Below are positions 1-10,157 of a stretch of DNA of 64,000 nucleotides, piece after piece. Below the pieces are notes generated by a model, which was not told the origin of the DNA, made no database searches, and saw only the letters and a list, made by a program, of their open reading frames with translations. The stretch comes from Candidatus Eremiobacteria bacterium (GTDB taxonomy: Bacteria > Vulcanimicrobiota > Vulcanimicrobiia > Vulcanimicrobiales > Vulcanimicrobiaceae). Both the position numbers and the translations under genes were made by a program. The stretch spans positions 384,001-448,000 of the forward strand of contig CAVWUU010000001.1 in the NCBI GenBank assembly GCA_963758295.1, given 5' to 3'. The first letter of the stretch is position 1; every line of letters begins with the position of its first letter.

Positions 1-223
1 CGCGTACGCGCTCGTGGCCCGCCGGAATCACCAGATACTCGCCGGGAAAAGATCGCGAAAGTTCATCGCGTCGCGATCGCAGCCGTGCCAATTGCGGATG
101 CGGCCCGGCGCCGCTCGGAACGTCGATCCAACCACCCGACATGAAGTCGACGAGGTTTTTCGGCGTATCGCTGTCGTGCGAAGCCCGGGTTTGTTCTGCG
201 GGCGGGTTTTGCGTTTCGGACAT
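1..223 (-). CDS. pepP: Xaa-Pro aminopeptidase (aminopeptidase P), N-terminal part; runs off the left edge
   Basis: Not in ORF track. Manual translation MSETQNPPAEQTRASHDSDTPKNLVDFMSGGW...RRDELSRSFPGEYLVIPAGHERVR matches the AMP_N start of actinobacterial-type PepP (RR..LS..FPGE.LVIPAG..KVR). Confidence 0.75.
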   Translation of the reverse strand, partial: MSETQNPPAEQTRASHDSDTPKNLVDFMSGGWIDVPSGAGPHPQLARLRSRRDELSRSFPGEYLVIPAGHERVR

Positions 224-226
224 GAT

Positions 227-248
227 AAAGGCGGCTTTCGCCGCCTTT
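227..248. terminator. Hairpin downstream of nadC, probable intrinsic terminator
   Basis: AAAGGCGGC-TTTC-GCCGCCTTT perfect inverted repeat; only a short U-run. Confidence 0.55.
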
Positions 249-271
249 CTGCTTCGCGCATCCCGAGAACG

Positions 272-1159
272 TTAAAGCGCGATGTCCAAGCCTAAATCCA
301 GGGCGGGCGCGCCATGCGTAAGCCATCCGACGGAGATCAGATCGACGCCGGCTTCCGCGACGGCGCGAATGGTCTCAGTACGGATGCCGCCGCTCGCCTC
401 GGTAAGGATGCGACCGTCAACGATCCTCACCGCTTCGGCGAGCGTTGCAAGCGGCATGTTGTCCAGCAGCACCGCATCGATGTTTTGCCGGAGGGCTTCC
501 TGTAATTGCTCGAGCGTGTCGACTTCGACTTCGATCTTGACCATGTGCCCTGCGTGCTCGCGCGCACGCGCAACGGCGTTCGCGATGGAGCCCGCCAATG
601 CCAGATGGTTATCTTTGATGAGCATTGCGTCGTCTAAGCCGAAGCGATGGTTGCTGCCGCCGCCGCAACGCACCGCGTACTTTTCAAGAGCTCGCAGCCC
701 CGGCGTCGTTTTGCGGGTGTCGGCGACATGGGCGCGCGTGCCGGTGACCGCGTCCACCAGCGAACGCGTTGCGGTTGCAGTCCCGCACAGCCGCGAAAGA
801 AGATTCAACATCGTACGTTCGCCGGTCAACAACGTCCGCGCCCGGCCCGCTATCGTGATGACGGCGTCGCCCGCTTGCACCCGTTCGCCGTCATCGACGT
901 GTACTTGCAACGATACTGCACCGGGATCGAGCAGCTCGAACGTAAGCATTGCCGCGTCTATTCCCGCGATCACGCCGTTCTCGCGAGCCATGACGCGTGC
1001 GGTCGTGCGAAGGCCTTCGGGCACGATCGAATCGGTAGTCAGATCCGCGCCGTGCGCGAGATCTTCAAGGAGCGCCGTACGGATCAGCGGCTCGATGACG
1101 AGCCGCGCCGGTTTAAGCGGGGCTGAGGTGCGTGAACGAACGTTTTGCAAGAGCTTCAT
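272..1159 (-). CDS. nadC: Nicotinate-nucleotide pyrophosphorylase (quinolinate phosphoribosyltransferase)
   Basis: ALLEDL, DTRKTTPGLRALEKYAVRCGGGSNHRFGLDD, IKDNH, EVEVD, LLDNM, EASGG motifs; start uncertain (ATG 1159 overlaps nadB end). Confidence 0.97.
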   Translation of the reverse strand: MKLLQNVRSRTSAPLKPARLVIEPLIRTALLEDLAHGADLTTDSIVPEGLRTTARVMARENGVIAGIDAAMLTFELLDPGAVSLQVHVDDGERVQAGDAVITIAGRARTLLTGERTMLNLLSRLCGTATATRSLVDAVTGTRAHVADTRKTTPGLRALEKYAVRCGGGSNHRFGLDDAMLIKDNHLALAGSIANAVARAREHAGHMVKIEVEVDTLEQLQEALRQNIDAVLLDNMPLATLAEAVRIVDGRILTEASGGIRTETIRAVAEAGVDLISVGWLTHGAPALDLGLDIAL

Positions 1160-2642
1160 CCGTCTGCGGATAGTCGGTGCGATAGTGGCTTCCGCGGCTT
1201 TCGTGCCGGGCAAATGCTGCTTCGACGATGAGACGCGCAACCACGAGCAGGTTGCGTAATTCGTTTCCGGCGCGCGGAAAAGCAAACGCAAGGTCCGTGA
1301 CGCGTGCATGCGCTTCTCGCAAACCCGCGCCGGTGCGAAGCAGGCCGACGTTAGCGTACATTACGTTGCGCAAATCGCTCGTAGCCTGCGTTTCGCCGCG
1401 CGCCTTTCCCGTGACGGCGGCCGGATTGGTTAATCGCGGCGCTAATTCCAAACTCGGATGTGTCTGCTGAATGCTGGTCGCGACGCGCGCGCCGTACACT
1501 AAGGCTTCGAGCAACGAATTGCTTGCGAGACGATTTGCCCCGTGAACGCCGGTGGCGCTCGCTTCGCCGCAGGCCCACAGTCCTGGAATCGAAGCGCGGC
1601 CCCATTCGTCGACGGCGATCCCGCCCATATGATAATGCGCGGCCGGCGCAACGGGAATACGCTCGACGCGCGGATCGATTCCGGCCGAACGGCAGAAGCC
1701 GAAGACCGTGGGAAACTCCGTGGGGAAGGCATCGCCGATCGTTTCGCGGGCATCGAGTCCGACGGTGCGCCCGCGTTGCAGCTGCTCGAAGATCGCACGC
1801 GCAACGACGTCGCGCGGCGCAAGCTCGGCCTCCGAATGAACGTCCAGCATGAAGCGTTCGCCGAGATCGTTTATCAGCGACGCGCCTTCACCGCGAACGG
1901 CTTCGGTGACGAGCGGCATGGGATCGCGCCCGATTGCGAGTGCCGTCGGGTGAAATTGGACGAATTCCATGTCGGCGAGCGTTGCGCCGGCACGCGCAGC
2001 GATGGCAATGCCGTCGCCGGTCGCTTCGATGGGATTGGTCGTGTAACGGTAGATCCTCCCGATACCGCCCGTTGCAAGAATGACGGCAGGCGCAACGTAC
2101 GCCGTCATTTTCCCGCTCGCGTTATCGCGCGCATAGACGCCCTGCACGCGGTCGTCCTCGCGGATCAAATCGAACGCCGTCGTATCTTCCACTACTTCGA
2201 TCGATGGTATTGCGCCGATTGCAAGAATGAGCGTCTTTAAGATTTCGTGTCCGGTTGCATCGCCGCCCGCTTTCACGATGCGCCGGCGTTGATGAGCGGC
2301 TTCTCTGCCAAGGGCGAGTTCGCCCGAATCGGTGCGGTCGAAGGCCGCACCGAGTGCAAGCAGTTCTTCAATGCGCGCGGGCGCGTCATACGTCAAAATC
2401 TCGACGATCTTCTCGTCGTTGATGCCGGCACCGGCGAGATGCGTATCTAGCGCATGCAGTGAAGGCGAATCGTCTTTCCCGATGGCGGCCGCGATGCCGC
2501 CCTGCGCCCAATCCGTCGCAGCGCCGAAGCCGAGGCGCGTTTTACAAATCACGGTCACGCGCATCGGCGCTAACTTGATCGCCGCCATCAATCCCGCGAT
2601 TCCGGCGCCGACGACGACGGCGTCGCTTTTACGAGCGTCCAT
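1113..2642 (-). CDS. nadB: L-aspartate oxidase
   Basis: GAGIAG FAD motif, WAQGGIAAA, EFVQFHPT, ELAPRDVVAR, HYHMGG, GVHGANRLASNSLLEA, ESRGSHYR; start MDARKSD at 2642. Confidence 0.97.
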   Translation of the reverse strand: MDARKSDAVVVGAGIAGLMAAIKLAPMRVTVICKTRLGFGAATDWAQGGIAAAIGKDDSPSLHALDTHLAGAGINDEKIVEILTYDAPARIEELLALGAAFDRTDSGELALGREAAHQRRRIVKAGGDATGHEILKTLILAIGAIPSIEVVEDTTAFDLIREDDRVQGVYARDNASGKMTAYVAPAVILATGGIGRIYRYTTNPIEATGDGIAIAARAGATLADMEFVQFHPTALAIGRDPMPLVTEAVRGEGASLINDLGERFMLDVHSEAELAPRDVVARAIFEQLQRGRTVGLDARETIGDAFPTEFPTVFGFCRSAGIDPRVERIPVAPAAHYHMGGIAVDEWGRASIPGLWACGEASATGVHGANRLASNSLLEALVYGARVATSIQQTHPSLELAPRLTNPAAVTGKARGETQATSDLRNVMYANVGLLRTGAGLREAHARVTDLAFAFPRAGNELRNLLVVARLIVEAAFARHESRGSHYRTDYPQTDEALAKRSFTHLSPA

Positions 2643-2644
2643 GC

Positions 2645-3667
2645 CTACGCCTTGACGGCGCGACTGAACTCCAACATCCGCTCTACGGCAGCGCGGGCGC
2701 GTCCGGCAACGCCTGGATCGACGGTCACTTCGTACTGCATCGTCTCGAGGCTGTGCAGAATCTTCGGAAGGTTGTTGCGTTTCATATGCGGACAGAGGTT
2801 GCACGGGCGGACGAACTCGACGTCCGGATACGAACCTGCAACATTGTCGGCCATGGAACATTCGGTAATGAGCAGCACTCGCGGATGGTTCGGCGCGTTC
2901 TCCGCGACGAAGTCGGACATGCCTTGCGTCGAACCAACGTAATCCGCTTCGGCCAGCACGTCGGGCGGACACTCGGGGTGCGCGATGACAACGAGCTTCT
3001 CATCGCCTTCGCGGTAGCGTCGGATATCTGCACCGGTGAAGCGCTCGTGAACTTCGCAGTGACCCTTCCACGCGATGATTTCGGTCTTTGTCTTCGAGGC
3101 CACGTACTTCGCGAGATACTCGTCGGGCAAGAAGATGACCCGCGGGACGTTCAAGGCCTCGACGATCTGCACGGCGTTGCCGCTCGTTACGCAGATATCC
3201 GATTCGGCTTTGACGTCGGCCGACGTATTGACGTAGGTGACGACCGGAACGCCGGGATACCGTTCGCGCAGCAGACGGACGTCGGCGGCGGTAATCGAGT
3301 CGGCCAACGAGCAGCCGGCCTTCAGATCGGGTACGAGCACGGTCTTTTCCGGATTGACGAGCTTCGCGGTTTCGGCCATGAAATGAACGCCGCACAGGAC
3401 AATCGTGTCCGCCGTGGTCTCGGCGGCCCTCATGGCAAGCGCGAGCGAATCACCAACGATGTCCGCCACCGTATGATAGATCTCGGGCACTTGATAGTTG
3501 TGCGCGAGAATCACCGCGTTTCGTTCGCGTTTCAAACGATTGATCGCGGCGACGTACGGCGCGTGCAGCGGCCACTCCACACGCGGAATGACGTGTTCGA
3601 CGCGCTCGAAGAGCTGGGACGTCTCGCGTTCGACGTCTCGGGTATACGGCAATTCGATGAGGTTCAT
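2645..3667 (-). CDS. nadA: Quinolinate synthase A
   Basis: [46 protein letters not shown]. Confidence 0.97.
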   Translation of the reverse strand: MNLIELPYTRDVERETSQLFERVEHVIPRVEWPLHAPYVAAINRLKRERNAVILAHNYQVPEIYHTVADIVGDSLALAMRAAETTADTIVLCGVHFMAETAKLVNPEKTVLVPDLKAGCSLADSITAADVRLLRERYPGVPVVTYVNTSADVKAESDICVTSGNAVQIVEALNVPRVIFLPDEYLAKYVASKTKTEIIAWKGHCEVHERFTGADIRRYREGDEKLVVIAHPECPPDVLAEADYVGSTQGMSDFVAENAPNHPRVLLITECSMADNVAGSYPDVEFVRPCNLCPHMKRNNLPKILHSLETMQYEVTVDPGVAGRARAAVERMLEFSRAVKA

Positions 3668-3734
3668 TGGGTTGCTGTCGAGGTTGCGGTTGGAGGGCCG
3701 GGGACCCTGCCTGTTGCACTTCCGGCGGATGCGG

Positions 3735-5456
3735 ATGCTCCGCTACCTTCTAGTACACGTGCTTTGCGCAATAGTTTGCGCTTTTGCCCCGCTGCCGGCG
3801 GCGGCGCAACTTCTGCCCAGCCTTCCGAAAGCGTCGCCGGTCCCTCCCGTTCCCGGCATCAGGCAGGAGGGGCTTTTTCTTACCGGACCGGTGACTGTAG
3901 ACGGGACCCCGGTCTTTCGCATCGCCTCTCCGGTGGCGCCGGCCGGCGGCGAACTGCCGATCAACGTGCGTTTGCTCTACGTGCAAAACGCCATTTCGCA
4001 ACTTTTGGCCGTAACGGATGGCGGCACGGTCTTCGATCCGGACAGCTTCAAGGTGCTGGTCGATCGCGTCGGCCAGCAAGAGACGCTTGTTGCGACAGAC
4101 GGCAAACATAACGGTGAAGCGGGCGAAGTGCCGATCCTTACCGTGACGTCGGCCGACACTCAGTATGCGAACGTCCCGGCCTCGATCTTGGCGGAGCAGT
4201 GGCGCAATCAGCTCCAAAGCGCGCTTAAAGCGGCGCTCAACAAACGGCAGCCGCAAGAGATTCGCCACAATTTAACTGCGCTATTGCGCACGGTCGTCGC
4301 TTTGCTTGTCCTTACGGTGTTGGGCTTTGCCGCGTTGGCGTTGCTGCGCCGTCGTGAAGCGGTGCTGAAACAGCGCGTGGCCGAGCGCCACCGGAAGATC
4401 GGGCAAGCTCAGGCCGACGCGTCGAGCGAGGGCCCTACGAATGATCGTCATCGGCGAAGGTTTTTAGCATTGGCGATGCGTGCGGCAGGGCCGGAACAGC
4501 GGCTACAACGCGTGCATGCTTATTCCGGGTTCATCTTAGCGGTGCTCGTTCTGTTGTGGCTCGGAACGGTAACGTGGGCGCTGTTGCTTTTCCCGCAGAC
4601 GACACCGTACGGTGAACTCGTAAAGCGAAGTGCCCTGAACGTGCTCTTCATCTGGATCGCTGCCGTTTTACTCACGAAGATCGGCGATCTAATCATCGTA
4701 CCGTTCTCGGAAGCTTACGCGAGGCGCGGGACAAACACCGAAGACCGAGCCCGCCATCTTGTCCGTGCACCGACGATATCGCGTTCGCTCATCGGCTTCA
4801 AAAGCTTCATCATCGCCTTCGTCGCTGCGCTGGCGACGCTCTCCGCGCTAAATATCCCGGTTGCGTCGGTCGTTACAATCGGCGGTGTGGCGGCGCTCGC
4901 CATCGGCTTCGCAGCGCAGAGTTTGGTACGCGATTTTCTGAACGGAATGCTCGTGATCTTCGAGGACCAGTACGTCGTCGGCGACTATATCATGGTCGGT
5001 GACTACAACGGCATCGTCGAGAACTTGAGCTTGCGGGTCGTTCAGATCCGGGATGTCCGCGGCCACCTCATCACGATTCCGCACAGTGCCGTGACGCAAG
5101 TTGTCAACGCTTCGCGGAACTGGTCGCGAATCGACTTCCGCATTCCGGTCGATCCGGCGGCCGACGTAAAAAAAGCTTACGAAACCCTGCGTGAAACGAT
5201 CGAAACCGTCGCCCTGGAACCGGAATGGCGCGATGCTTTCTTGAAGCCGATCGAATGGATGGGCATGGAAAATCCGTCGAAGAACGGTCTCGTGCTGCGC
5301 GTTTCGGTGCGTACGGCGCCGCTTCGGCAATTCGAATTGAATCGCGTGTTGAACGAACGAGTATGCGGTGCATTTCACGAGGCAGGTATCCCGCTCGGAA
5401 CCGATCCGCTCGCAATTCCCGCACCGCCCGTTCAGGGCAGTCCAAGTCCGCTCTAG
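3735..5456 (+). CDS. Mechanosensitive channel MscS family with N-terminal periplasmic extension
   Basis: [37 protein letters not shown]...[15 protein letters not shown]scS signature; signal-like N-terminus; start 3729 or 3735. Confidence 0.9.
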   Translation: MLRYLLVHVLCAIVCAFAPLPAAAQLLPSLPKASPVPPVPGIRQEGLFLTGPVTVDGTPVFRIASPVAPAGGELPINVRLLYVQNAISQLLAVTDGGTVFDPDSFKVLVDRVGQQETLVATDGKHNGEAGEVPILTVTSADTQYANVPASILAEQWRNQLQSALKAALNKRQPQEIRHNLTALLRTVVALLVLTVLGFAALALLRRREAVLKQRVAERHRKIGQAQADASSEGPTNDRHRRRFLALAMRAAGPEQRLQRVHAYSGFILAVLVLLWLGTVTWALLLFPQTTPYGELVKRSALNVLFIWIAAVLLTKIGDLIIVPFSEAYARRGTNTEDRARHLVRAPTISRSLIGFKSFIIAFVAALATLSALNIPVASVVTIGGVAALAIGFAAQSLVRDFLNGMLVIFEDQYVVGDYIMVGDYNGIVENLSLRVVQIRDVRGHLITIPHSAVTQVVNASRNWSRIDFRIPVDPAADVKKAYETLRETIETVALEPEWRDAFLKPIEWMGMENPSKNGLVLRVSVRTAPLRQFELNRVLNERVCGAFHEAGIPLGTDPLAIPAPPVQGSPSPL

Positions 5457-5475
5457 CGGCAGGCGGGTAGACGGC

Positions 5476-7215
5476 GTGCGAGTCACGGCCCGGTTCGTCC
5501 TGTTCGCGATTACGGCGATGGCGATCGTCATCTTCTACGGGCCGTTAGGGCATGACGACTACACCGGCCGCTGGGGTGGCGGCACCTACGGCTTTGAGAC
5601 GCGCCGGGGAGTTACGGGCTCCAACGCCGTTGCCGGTGTGCTCGCGGGCTCGCCGGCGCAGCGAAGCGGCGTTCGGATCGACGACACGATCGCTCTACGG
5701 CCGTTCGATCAAAATTCGTTCCGGCTGGCCTATCCGCGCGCAGGCGACCACGGTACCTTCACGTTCGTGCGTCCGGACGGCTCTCGATTCACGGTAGCGA
5801 TGACGGCAGTGCCTGTTCCTCATTTCACCGCGTGGGATCGGCTCACCGGAATCCTCGCGATGTTGCCGCCGACGGTGTTTCTCATCGTCGCTTTCATGCT
5901 GGTTTATCTCCGGCCGAATGTGATGACGTGGTCGTTCTACGCTTTCGGCCTCGGATATTTTTCCACAGCGCCGTCGTACCAGTACTTTGCCACGCAGTTG
6001 CCGCCGGGCGTGTTCCTTCCGCTCACATTCGTGCTCTCGACGTTTTTCGGAAACTTCGCCGTCATGCCGCTGCTGCCGTTCGTGCTGCGCTTTCCCGACG
6101 GAAACGTCACGGGAATCCGGCGGCGCTACAATCGCGCAATCTGGATTGCGATCGTCTGCGCTTTTGCGGCGTACTCGTTCCAGTGGTGGTACGAAAATGT
6201 GACCGGCGAACCGCCGTCGTTCCGCGACGTTCTCGATACGTGGTTGCCGCTGGCGTCGTTTTCCTTTGCATCCTTGATCGTCGTCAAGAAGTATAAGACG
6301 GCCTCGCCCGCGATTAGGCAGCGCTTCGGATTTCTCGTCATTGGGCTCATCGTGTCGTTCCTGGCCTACGCGATCTACTTCGTCCCCGGCGTCCCGGTGA
6401 GTGTCGCGCAGATTGCTGGATACGCGGTCGTCATCATGCCTATTGCCGTTGCCTACGGCGTGCTGCGGCATCGCGTGCTGGACGTAAATTTCGTCTTGAA
6501 TCGCGCGATCGTCTACGGCTTGCTTTCGATCTTCGTGATTGCGGTAGTCTCGCTGCTGGATTGGTTCTTCGCGATGATCGTTTCCAGGCAGCATCTTGCC
6601 CTTGCCGGCGAATTGCTCGCTACGATCGCGATCGGCTTTTTGCTCGACCGAATCAACAAAGGCATCGAACGGATGGTCGAATCGGTTTTCTTTCGTCACC
6701 GGCAGCTGGCTGAAATTCATCTGCGCCGAGTCGCCAAGGCCCTCCCTTATGCAACGGAGGAGGAAGCGGTGACCGACGGTCTCGTGCAAGTTCCGGTCGA
6801 TGCGCTGCATTTAAGTGCCGCGGCGCATTATCGGCGCTCGACGGACGGATCCCGCTTCGAAGGCGTTGGCACCTCACACGATACGCCCATGGCTCCGGCA
6901 GGGTTTAACGCAAACCACTTGCTGGTACGGCTGTTGCAAGCTAACGAGGATCGGGTTTGGCTCGACGAATTGCGTTCGCAATTGGATCGCGACAACGCAG
7001 CGATTTACGTTATCGCCATCCCGGTCGCCGTGCGGCATGAGCTCGTCTCTTTCACCCTTTATGGCGCGCATAAAAACGGCGCGCAGCTCGACCCCGATGA
7101 GCTCGAGCTGCTATGCCTGCTTTCCGATGAAGCCTCGCGCGCCTACGATCATATCGACGCAGTGCGTACGCGCGAACGTTACGACGGCCTTATAACTGCG
7201 CGAGAAACTGCGTGA
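5476..7215 (+). CDS. Membrane sensor-like protein: PDZ-like domain, multiple TM helices, C-terminal GAF-like domain
   Basis: VLAGSPAQRSGVRIDDTI (PDZ-like); about 10 hydrophobic segments; YGVLRHRVLDVNFV linker; IAIPVAVRHELVSFTLYG..H.NG..LDPDE GAF-like end. Confidence 0.6.
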   Translation: MRVTARFVLFAITAMAIVIFYGPLGHDDYTGRWGGGTYGFETRRGVTGSNAVAGVLAGSPAQRSGVRIDDTIALRPFDQNSFRLAYPRAGDHGTFTFVRPDGSRFTVAMTAVPVPHFTAWDRLTGILAMLPPTVFLIVAFMLVYLRPNVMTWSFYAFGLGYFSTAPSYQYFATQLPPGVFLPLTFVLSTFFGNFAVMPLLPFVLRFPDGNVTGIRRRYNRAIWIAIVCAFAAYSFQWWYENVTGEPPSFRDVLDTWLPLASFSFASLIVVKKYKTASPAIRQRFGFLVIGLIVSFLAYAIYFVPGVPVSVAQIAGYAVVIMPIAVAYGVLRHRVLDVNFVLNRAIVYGLLSIFVIAVVSLLDWFFAMIVSRQHLALAGELLATIAIGFLLDRINKGIERMVESVFFRHRQLAEIHLRRVAKALPYATEEEAVTDGLVQVPVDALHLSAAAHYRRSTDGSRFEGVGTSHDTPMAPAGFNANHLLVRLLQANEDRVWLDELRSQLDRDNAAIYVIAIPVAVRHELVSFTLYGAHKNGAQLDPDELELLCLLSDEASRAYDHIDAVRTRERYDGLITARETA

Positions 7216-8108
7216 GCGTTTCGTCGAACTTTTGCGGCTGGTCCAGCATCACGTAGTGTCGCGCCGCGGTAATCGGCAACGACTTGCGCTTTCGGCGCAC
7301 CCGCTACGAGCATCTTGTAGAATGTCAGCGTATCGCTTTCCGAATACGGGCTGGGCGAGGCGTACGGCATGATCTCTTCGAACGGGATGGTCACCTTCGC
7401 GAGCTGCGGACGGAGATCGGTCGTTAGATCGGCCGCGGCCCATGCTCCCACCGCTTTCGGATCGCTCTTTGAGACGAGATCGCCGAGTGACGGGGCAAAT
7501 GCAGCGTCGGTGGTGCCGATCGTCGCCATGTAATTGCGCTCGTATTGGACGAAGCTGGCGTGCTGCATTGAATCGAGTTGTGTGGTGATGCCTTTTGCCA
7601 TGGAGGCGCGCTGATCGGCCGTCGATTGAGCCGCCGCCGGAAAGACCGGAAGCCCGTCTGCCGCTACGATGCCGGCGAGGCGGTCGGGGTGCTGTTCTGC
7701 GAGCAGAATCGCAAGCGTTCCGCCGAGGCTGTGCCCGATCACAACCGGTTTATCGATGTGCCGCTGCTCGAGCAGCGACCAAAAATCACGTGTGAAGCCG
7801 GCCAGCAAATCGCTTTCGTTAGACGCTGCTCGGCCGTCGAATCCCGGTAGCGTGATTGCGTAGATCGTATAGTTCGGCGAAAAGTGCGCGATCTGTTCGT
7901 ACCACGTCCAGGTTCCACTCGCGAGTCCCGGAATGAACACGAGCGTTTTCGGCCCGGAGCCGTAGCGATCGACATGAAGCATCCCGCTGTCGAACGATTC
8001 CGTGGGATGCGGTGCCGGTGCAATGGCCGCCGCGAGGGCCGGCTGCGACGCAAAGGCGACGTTGAAGAACAGCGCCGCGGCGAGCAGCGCGCGAAAGGTG
8101 CGAATCAT
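7190..8108 (-). pseudogene. Secreted alpha/beta hydrolase with a frameshift near 7277 (real or sequencing error)
   Basis: Signal peptide, FIPGLAS, GHSLGG nucleophile. The His-containing C-terminus PITAARHYVMLDQPQKFDETLTQFLAQL* (stop 7190-7192) lies in a different frame from ORF 7179..8108. Confidence 0.8.
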
Positions 8109-8124
8109 GGTTGCTCCTGTAAGT

Positions 8125-8325
8125 TTAGTCTAATGAGCCGGCGTCAAAGACATCCTCGACGCTCTTGGAAAAGAGTTTTGAAATCTTGAATGCGAGCGGC
8201 AAGCTTGGTGCGTACTTGCCGGCTTCGAGCGCAACGACCGTTTGCCGCGCGATGCCAAGTTTCTCGGCGAGTTCGGCTTGTGAAAGATCTTGCTCCACAC
8301 GCAAGAGCTTGATCCGGTTTTTCAT
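8125..8325 (-). CDS. XRE/Cro-family HTH transcriptional regulator
   Basis: MKNRIKLLRVEQDLSQAELAEKLGIARQTVVALEAGKYAPSLPLAFKI; ATGA overlap with upstream gene. Confidence 0.93.
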   Translation of the reverse strand: MKNRIKLLRVEQDLSQAELAEKLGIARQTVVALEAGKYAPSLPLAFKISKLFSKSVEDVFDAGSLD

Positions 8326-8717
8326 CGATAGCGCAGGCGCAGTACGATCGAGGACATGAGCCATGCCGCTGCCATCACCGGCCATACCGCAAACATGCTC
8401 AAGCGCGGAAAGCCGGCTCCCTCCAGAAATCCGTACGTAAACGTGATGAACGCCGTGGCGCCGACGGTTACGGCAAGAGACGTCAATTGTATCTGGCGTT
8501 CGAGTTCGTCGCAGGCCGAGAGATACCGGACGATTGCGGCGACCGTGAAAATCACCGGAATCATCGGCGTCACGGCAAGCACGATAAGAAGCGGACGGTT
8601 TGCCGTGCCGATTCGATCCGCGATGAGATTCACCGCCACGAGCAGCACTATGTAAACGGCCAGCGATCCGAATAGCTCGATGAAATAGCGCCGGTTGACT
8701 TGCTGCTGGGTTTTCAT
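8322..8717 (-). CDS. Small 4-TM membrane protein of the type usually paired with XRE regulators
   Basis: Hydrophobic helices, DELERQIQL motif, coupled to the XRE gene. Confidence 0.8.
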   Translation of the reverse strand: MKTQQQVNRRYFIELFGSLAVYIVLLVAVNLIADRIGTANRPLLIVLAVTPMIPVIFTVAAIVRYLSACDELERQIQLTSLAVTVGATAFITFTYGFLEGAGFPRLSMFAVWPVMAAAWLMSSIVLRLRYR

Positions 8718-8815
8718 CGCGGCGCCGCAAGGACTGGAAACGGCACGAATGCGGCTTCGGGCGTGCCCGTGCTGGGACTGTGCGGCATGACCGTGGGAAC
8801 GTGGAACCAGTGCAT
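8714..8815 (-). CDS. 33-aa small ORF MHWFHVPTVMPHSPSTGTPEAAFVPFPVLAAPR
   Basis: AAGGAGG RBS upstream; its TGA overlaps the next gene's ATG (ATGA); first ORF after a sigma70-like promoter. Confidence 0.55.
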   Translation of the reverse strand: MHWFHVPTVMPHSPSTGTPEAAFVPFPVLAAPR

Positions 8816-8837
8816 TCCCTACCCTCCTTTACCGTGA

Positions 8838-8878
8838 AATGTACGGCATAAGTGACACAATGTCAATCATAAGCGACA
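8838..8878 (-). promoter_or_regulatory. sigma70-like promoter overlapped by tandem operator repeats
   Basis: TTGACA (8866-8861)-N17-TACATT (8843-8838); repeats TGTACGGCATAAGTGACA (8840-8857) and TGTCAATCATAAGCGACA (8861-8878). Confidence 0.75.
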
Positions 8879-8918
8879 TTTTGTCTTCTTGGTGCGACTC
8901 CTGGCATTAAATCATGTC

Positions 8919-8935
8919 GTGAAAGTCATTTTCAC
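8919..8935 (+). promoter_or_regulatory. Fur/PerR-like box upstream of peroxiredoxin
   Basis: GTGAAA-GTCAT-TTTCAC inverted repeat; TGAAAGT-C-ATTTTCA resembles the 7-1-7 Fur-family box; TAGAGT -10 at 8952-8957. Confidence 0.55.
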
Positions 8936-9005
8936 TTTTGTGCGGATCGGGTAGAGTGAGCTTCAGAACATCACTCGCTTTCAGCAAAAGGTGGAACTAC
9001 TCATA

Positions 9006-9560
9006 ATGTTGGCGCAAGTCGGCAAACAGGCACCCGATTTCAAACTTCCGAGCACCAAAGGCGCGACCGGAGCGAAGGACCTCGGCAAAGAGATCAAGCT
9101 CTCCGACTATCGCGGCAAATGGCTCGTGTTCTTCTTTTATCCACTGGACTTTACGTTTGTGTGTCCGACCGAAATCACGGCACTTTCGGACCGTGCAGAC
9201 GAGTTCAAAGAGTTTGATACCGAGATCCTCGGCGCGTCGACTGATTCGGTGCACAGCCACTGGGCATGGATCAACACGCCGCGTGAGAAGAACGGCATCG
9301 CGGGTCTGAACTACCCGCTAGTCGCCGACTACACGAAGGAAACGGCGCGTGCCTACGGCGTTCTCGACGAAGCGTCGGGCGTCGCGCAACGCGGGCTCTT
9401 CATTATTGATCCGGAAGGCGTGCTCAAATACGCGGTGGTGACCGACGACAACGTCGGACGTAGCGTAGAAGAAACGCTTCGCGTTCTGCAGGCTCTTCAG
9501 ACCGGTGGTCTTTGCCCGGCTGAATGGAAACCCGGCAAAGCGCTGCTCCAGAAGGCATAA
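9006..9560 (+). CDS. ahpC: 2-Cys peroxiredoxin (AhpC/TSA)
   Basis: FFYPLDFTFVCPTEI, RGLFIIDPEG, GRSVEETLRVLQALQ, LCPAEW. Confidence 0.95.
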   Translation: MLAQVGKQAPDFKLPSTKGATGAKDLGKEIKLSDYRGKWLVFFFYPLDFTFVCPTEITALSDRADEFKEFDTEILGASTDSVHSHWAWINTPREKNGIAGLNYPLVADYTKETARAYGVLDEASGVAQRGLFIIDPEGVLKYAVVTDDNVGRSVEETLRVLQALQTGGLCPAEWKPGKALLQKA

Positions 9561-10037
9561 ATGGCACTACGCATGCGCAGCCCTCTTCCTTCGCTGGAGG
9601 GGGCTGCCGCGTGGCTCAACGGTGAAGTAAAGTCCGAAGAGCTGCGCGGACTTCCCGTCGTTGTCTCCTTTTGGTCGAAGAGCTGTTACATCTGCCATGA
9701 CACCGCCGAGCAATTCGCGCAGTGGCGCGATAAATACGCAAAGCACGGTGTCGCCTTTCTTTCGGTGCATCAGCCGCGTTCCGAGGACGAACTCGACGTC
9801 GAAGCAGTGAAAAAAGATGCCGTCGAAGAGATGAAGCTTACTCAGCCCACGGCGATCGACAACGATCACGCGCTTGTGGAGCGCTTCCAAAACCAATTCG
9901 TGCCGGCGTTTTACGTCTTCAACCGAAAGCACGAATTGCGTCACTTTCAAGCGGGCGGCAAAGGCTTCGAGCGTATCGAAGCGGCGATCGACCGCGTATT
10001 GAACGAGACGCCGGAGGAAGAAGAACTGAACGCTTAG
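9561..10037 (+). CDS. TlpA-like redoxin (thioredoxin fold)
   Basis: VVVSFWSKSCYIC CxxC motif, cis-Pro region FVPAFY; abuts ahpC. Confidence 0.85.
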   Translation: MALRMRSPLPSLEGAAAWLNGEVKSEELRGLPVVVSFWSKSCYICHDTAEQFAQWRDKYAKHGVAFLSVHQPRSEDELDVEAVKKDAVEEMKLTQPTAIDNDHALVERFQNQFVPAFYVFNRKHELRHFQAGGKGFERIEAAIDRVLNETPEEEELNA

Positions 10038-10075
10038 CATGCGTTCTTAAATTTCGGTGAAAAGTATTCGCTAAA

Positions 10076-10101
10076 CGGCCCACCGCGCAAGCGGTGGGTC
10101 G
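10076..10101 (+). terminator. GC-rich hairpin after the ahpC-redoxin pair
   Basis: CGGCCCACCGC-GCAA-GCGGTGGGTCG; no immediate U tract. Confidence 0.45.
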
Positions 10102-10157
10102 TCGCGTTTTACTGCTCTTAGCACCGGGTAATGGGCCACCGCTGGGAGGATCAATAC

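Noticed and set aside
282..1259. Long antisense and alternate-frame ORFs here and throughout (e.g. 2753..4111, 5695..6810, 26343..27320, 43745..44917, 61621..63732)
   Set aside because: Shadow ORFs of well-supported genes in GC-rich DNA, with no motifs
3668..3734. NAD+ riboswitch or NrtR site upstream of nadA
   Set aside because: The intergenic gap is only ~66 bp, with no recognisable tandem aptamer or palindrome
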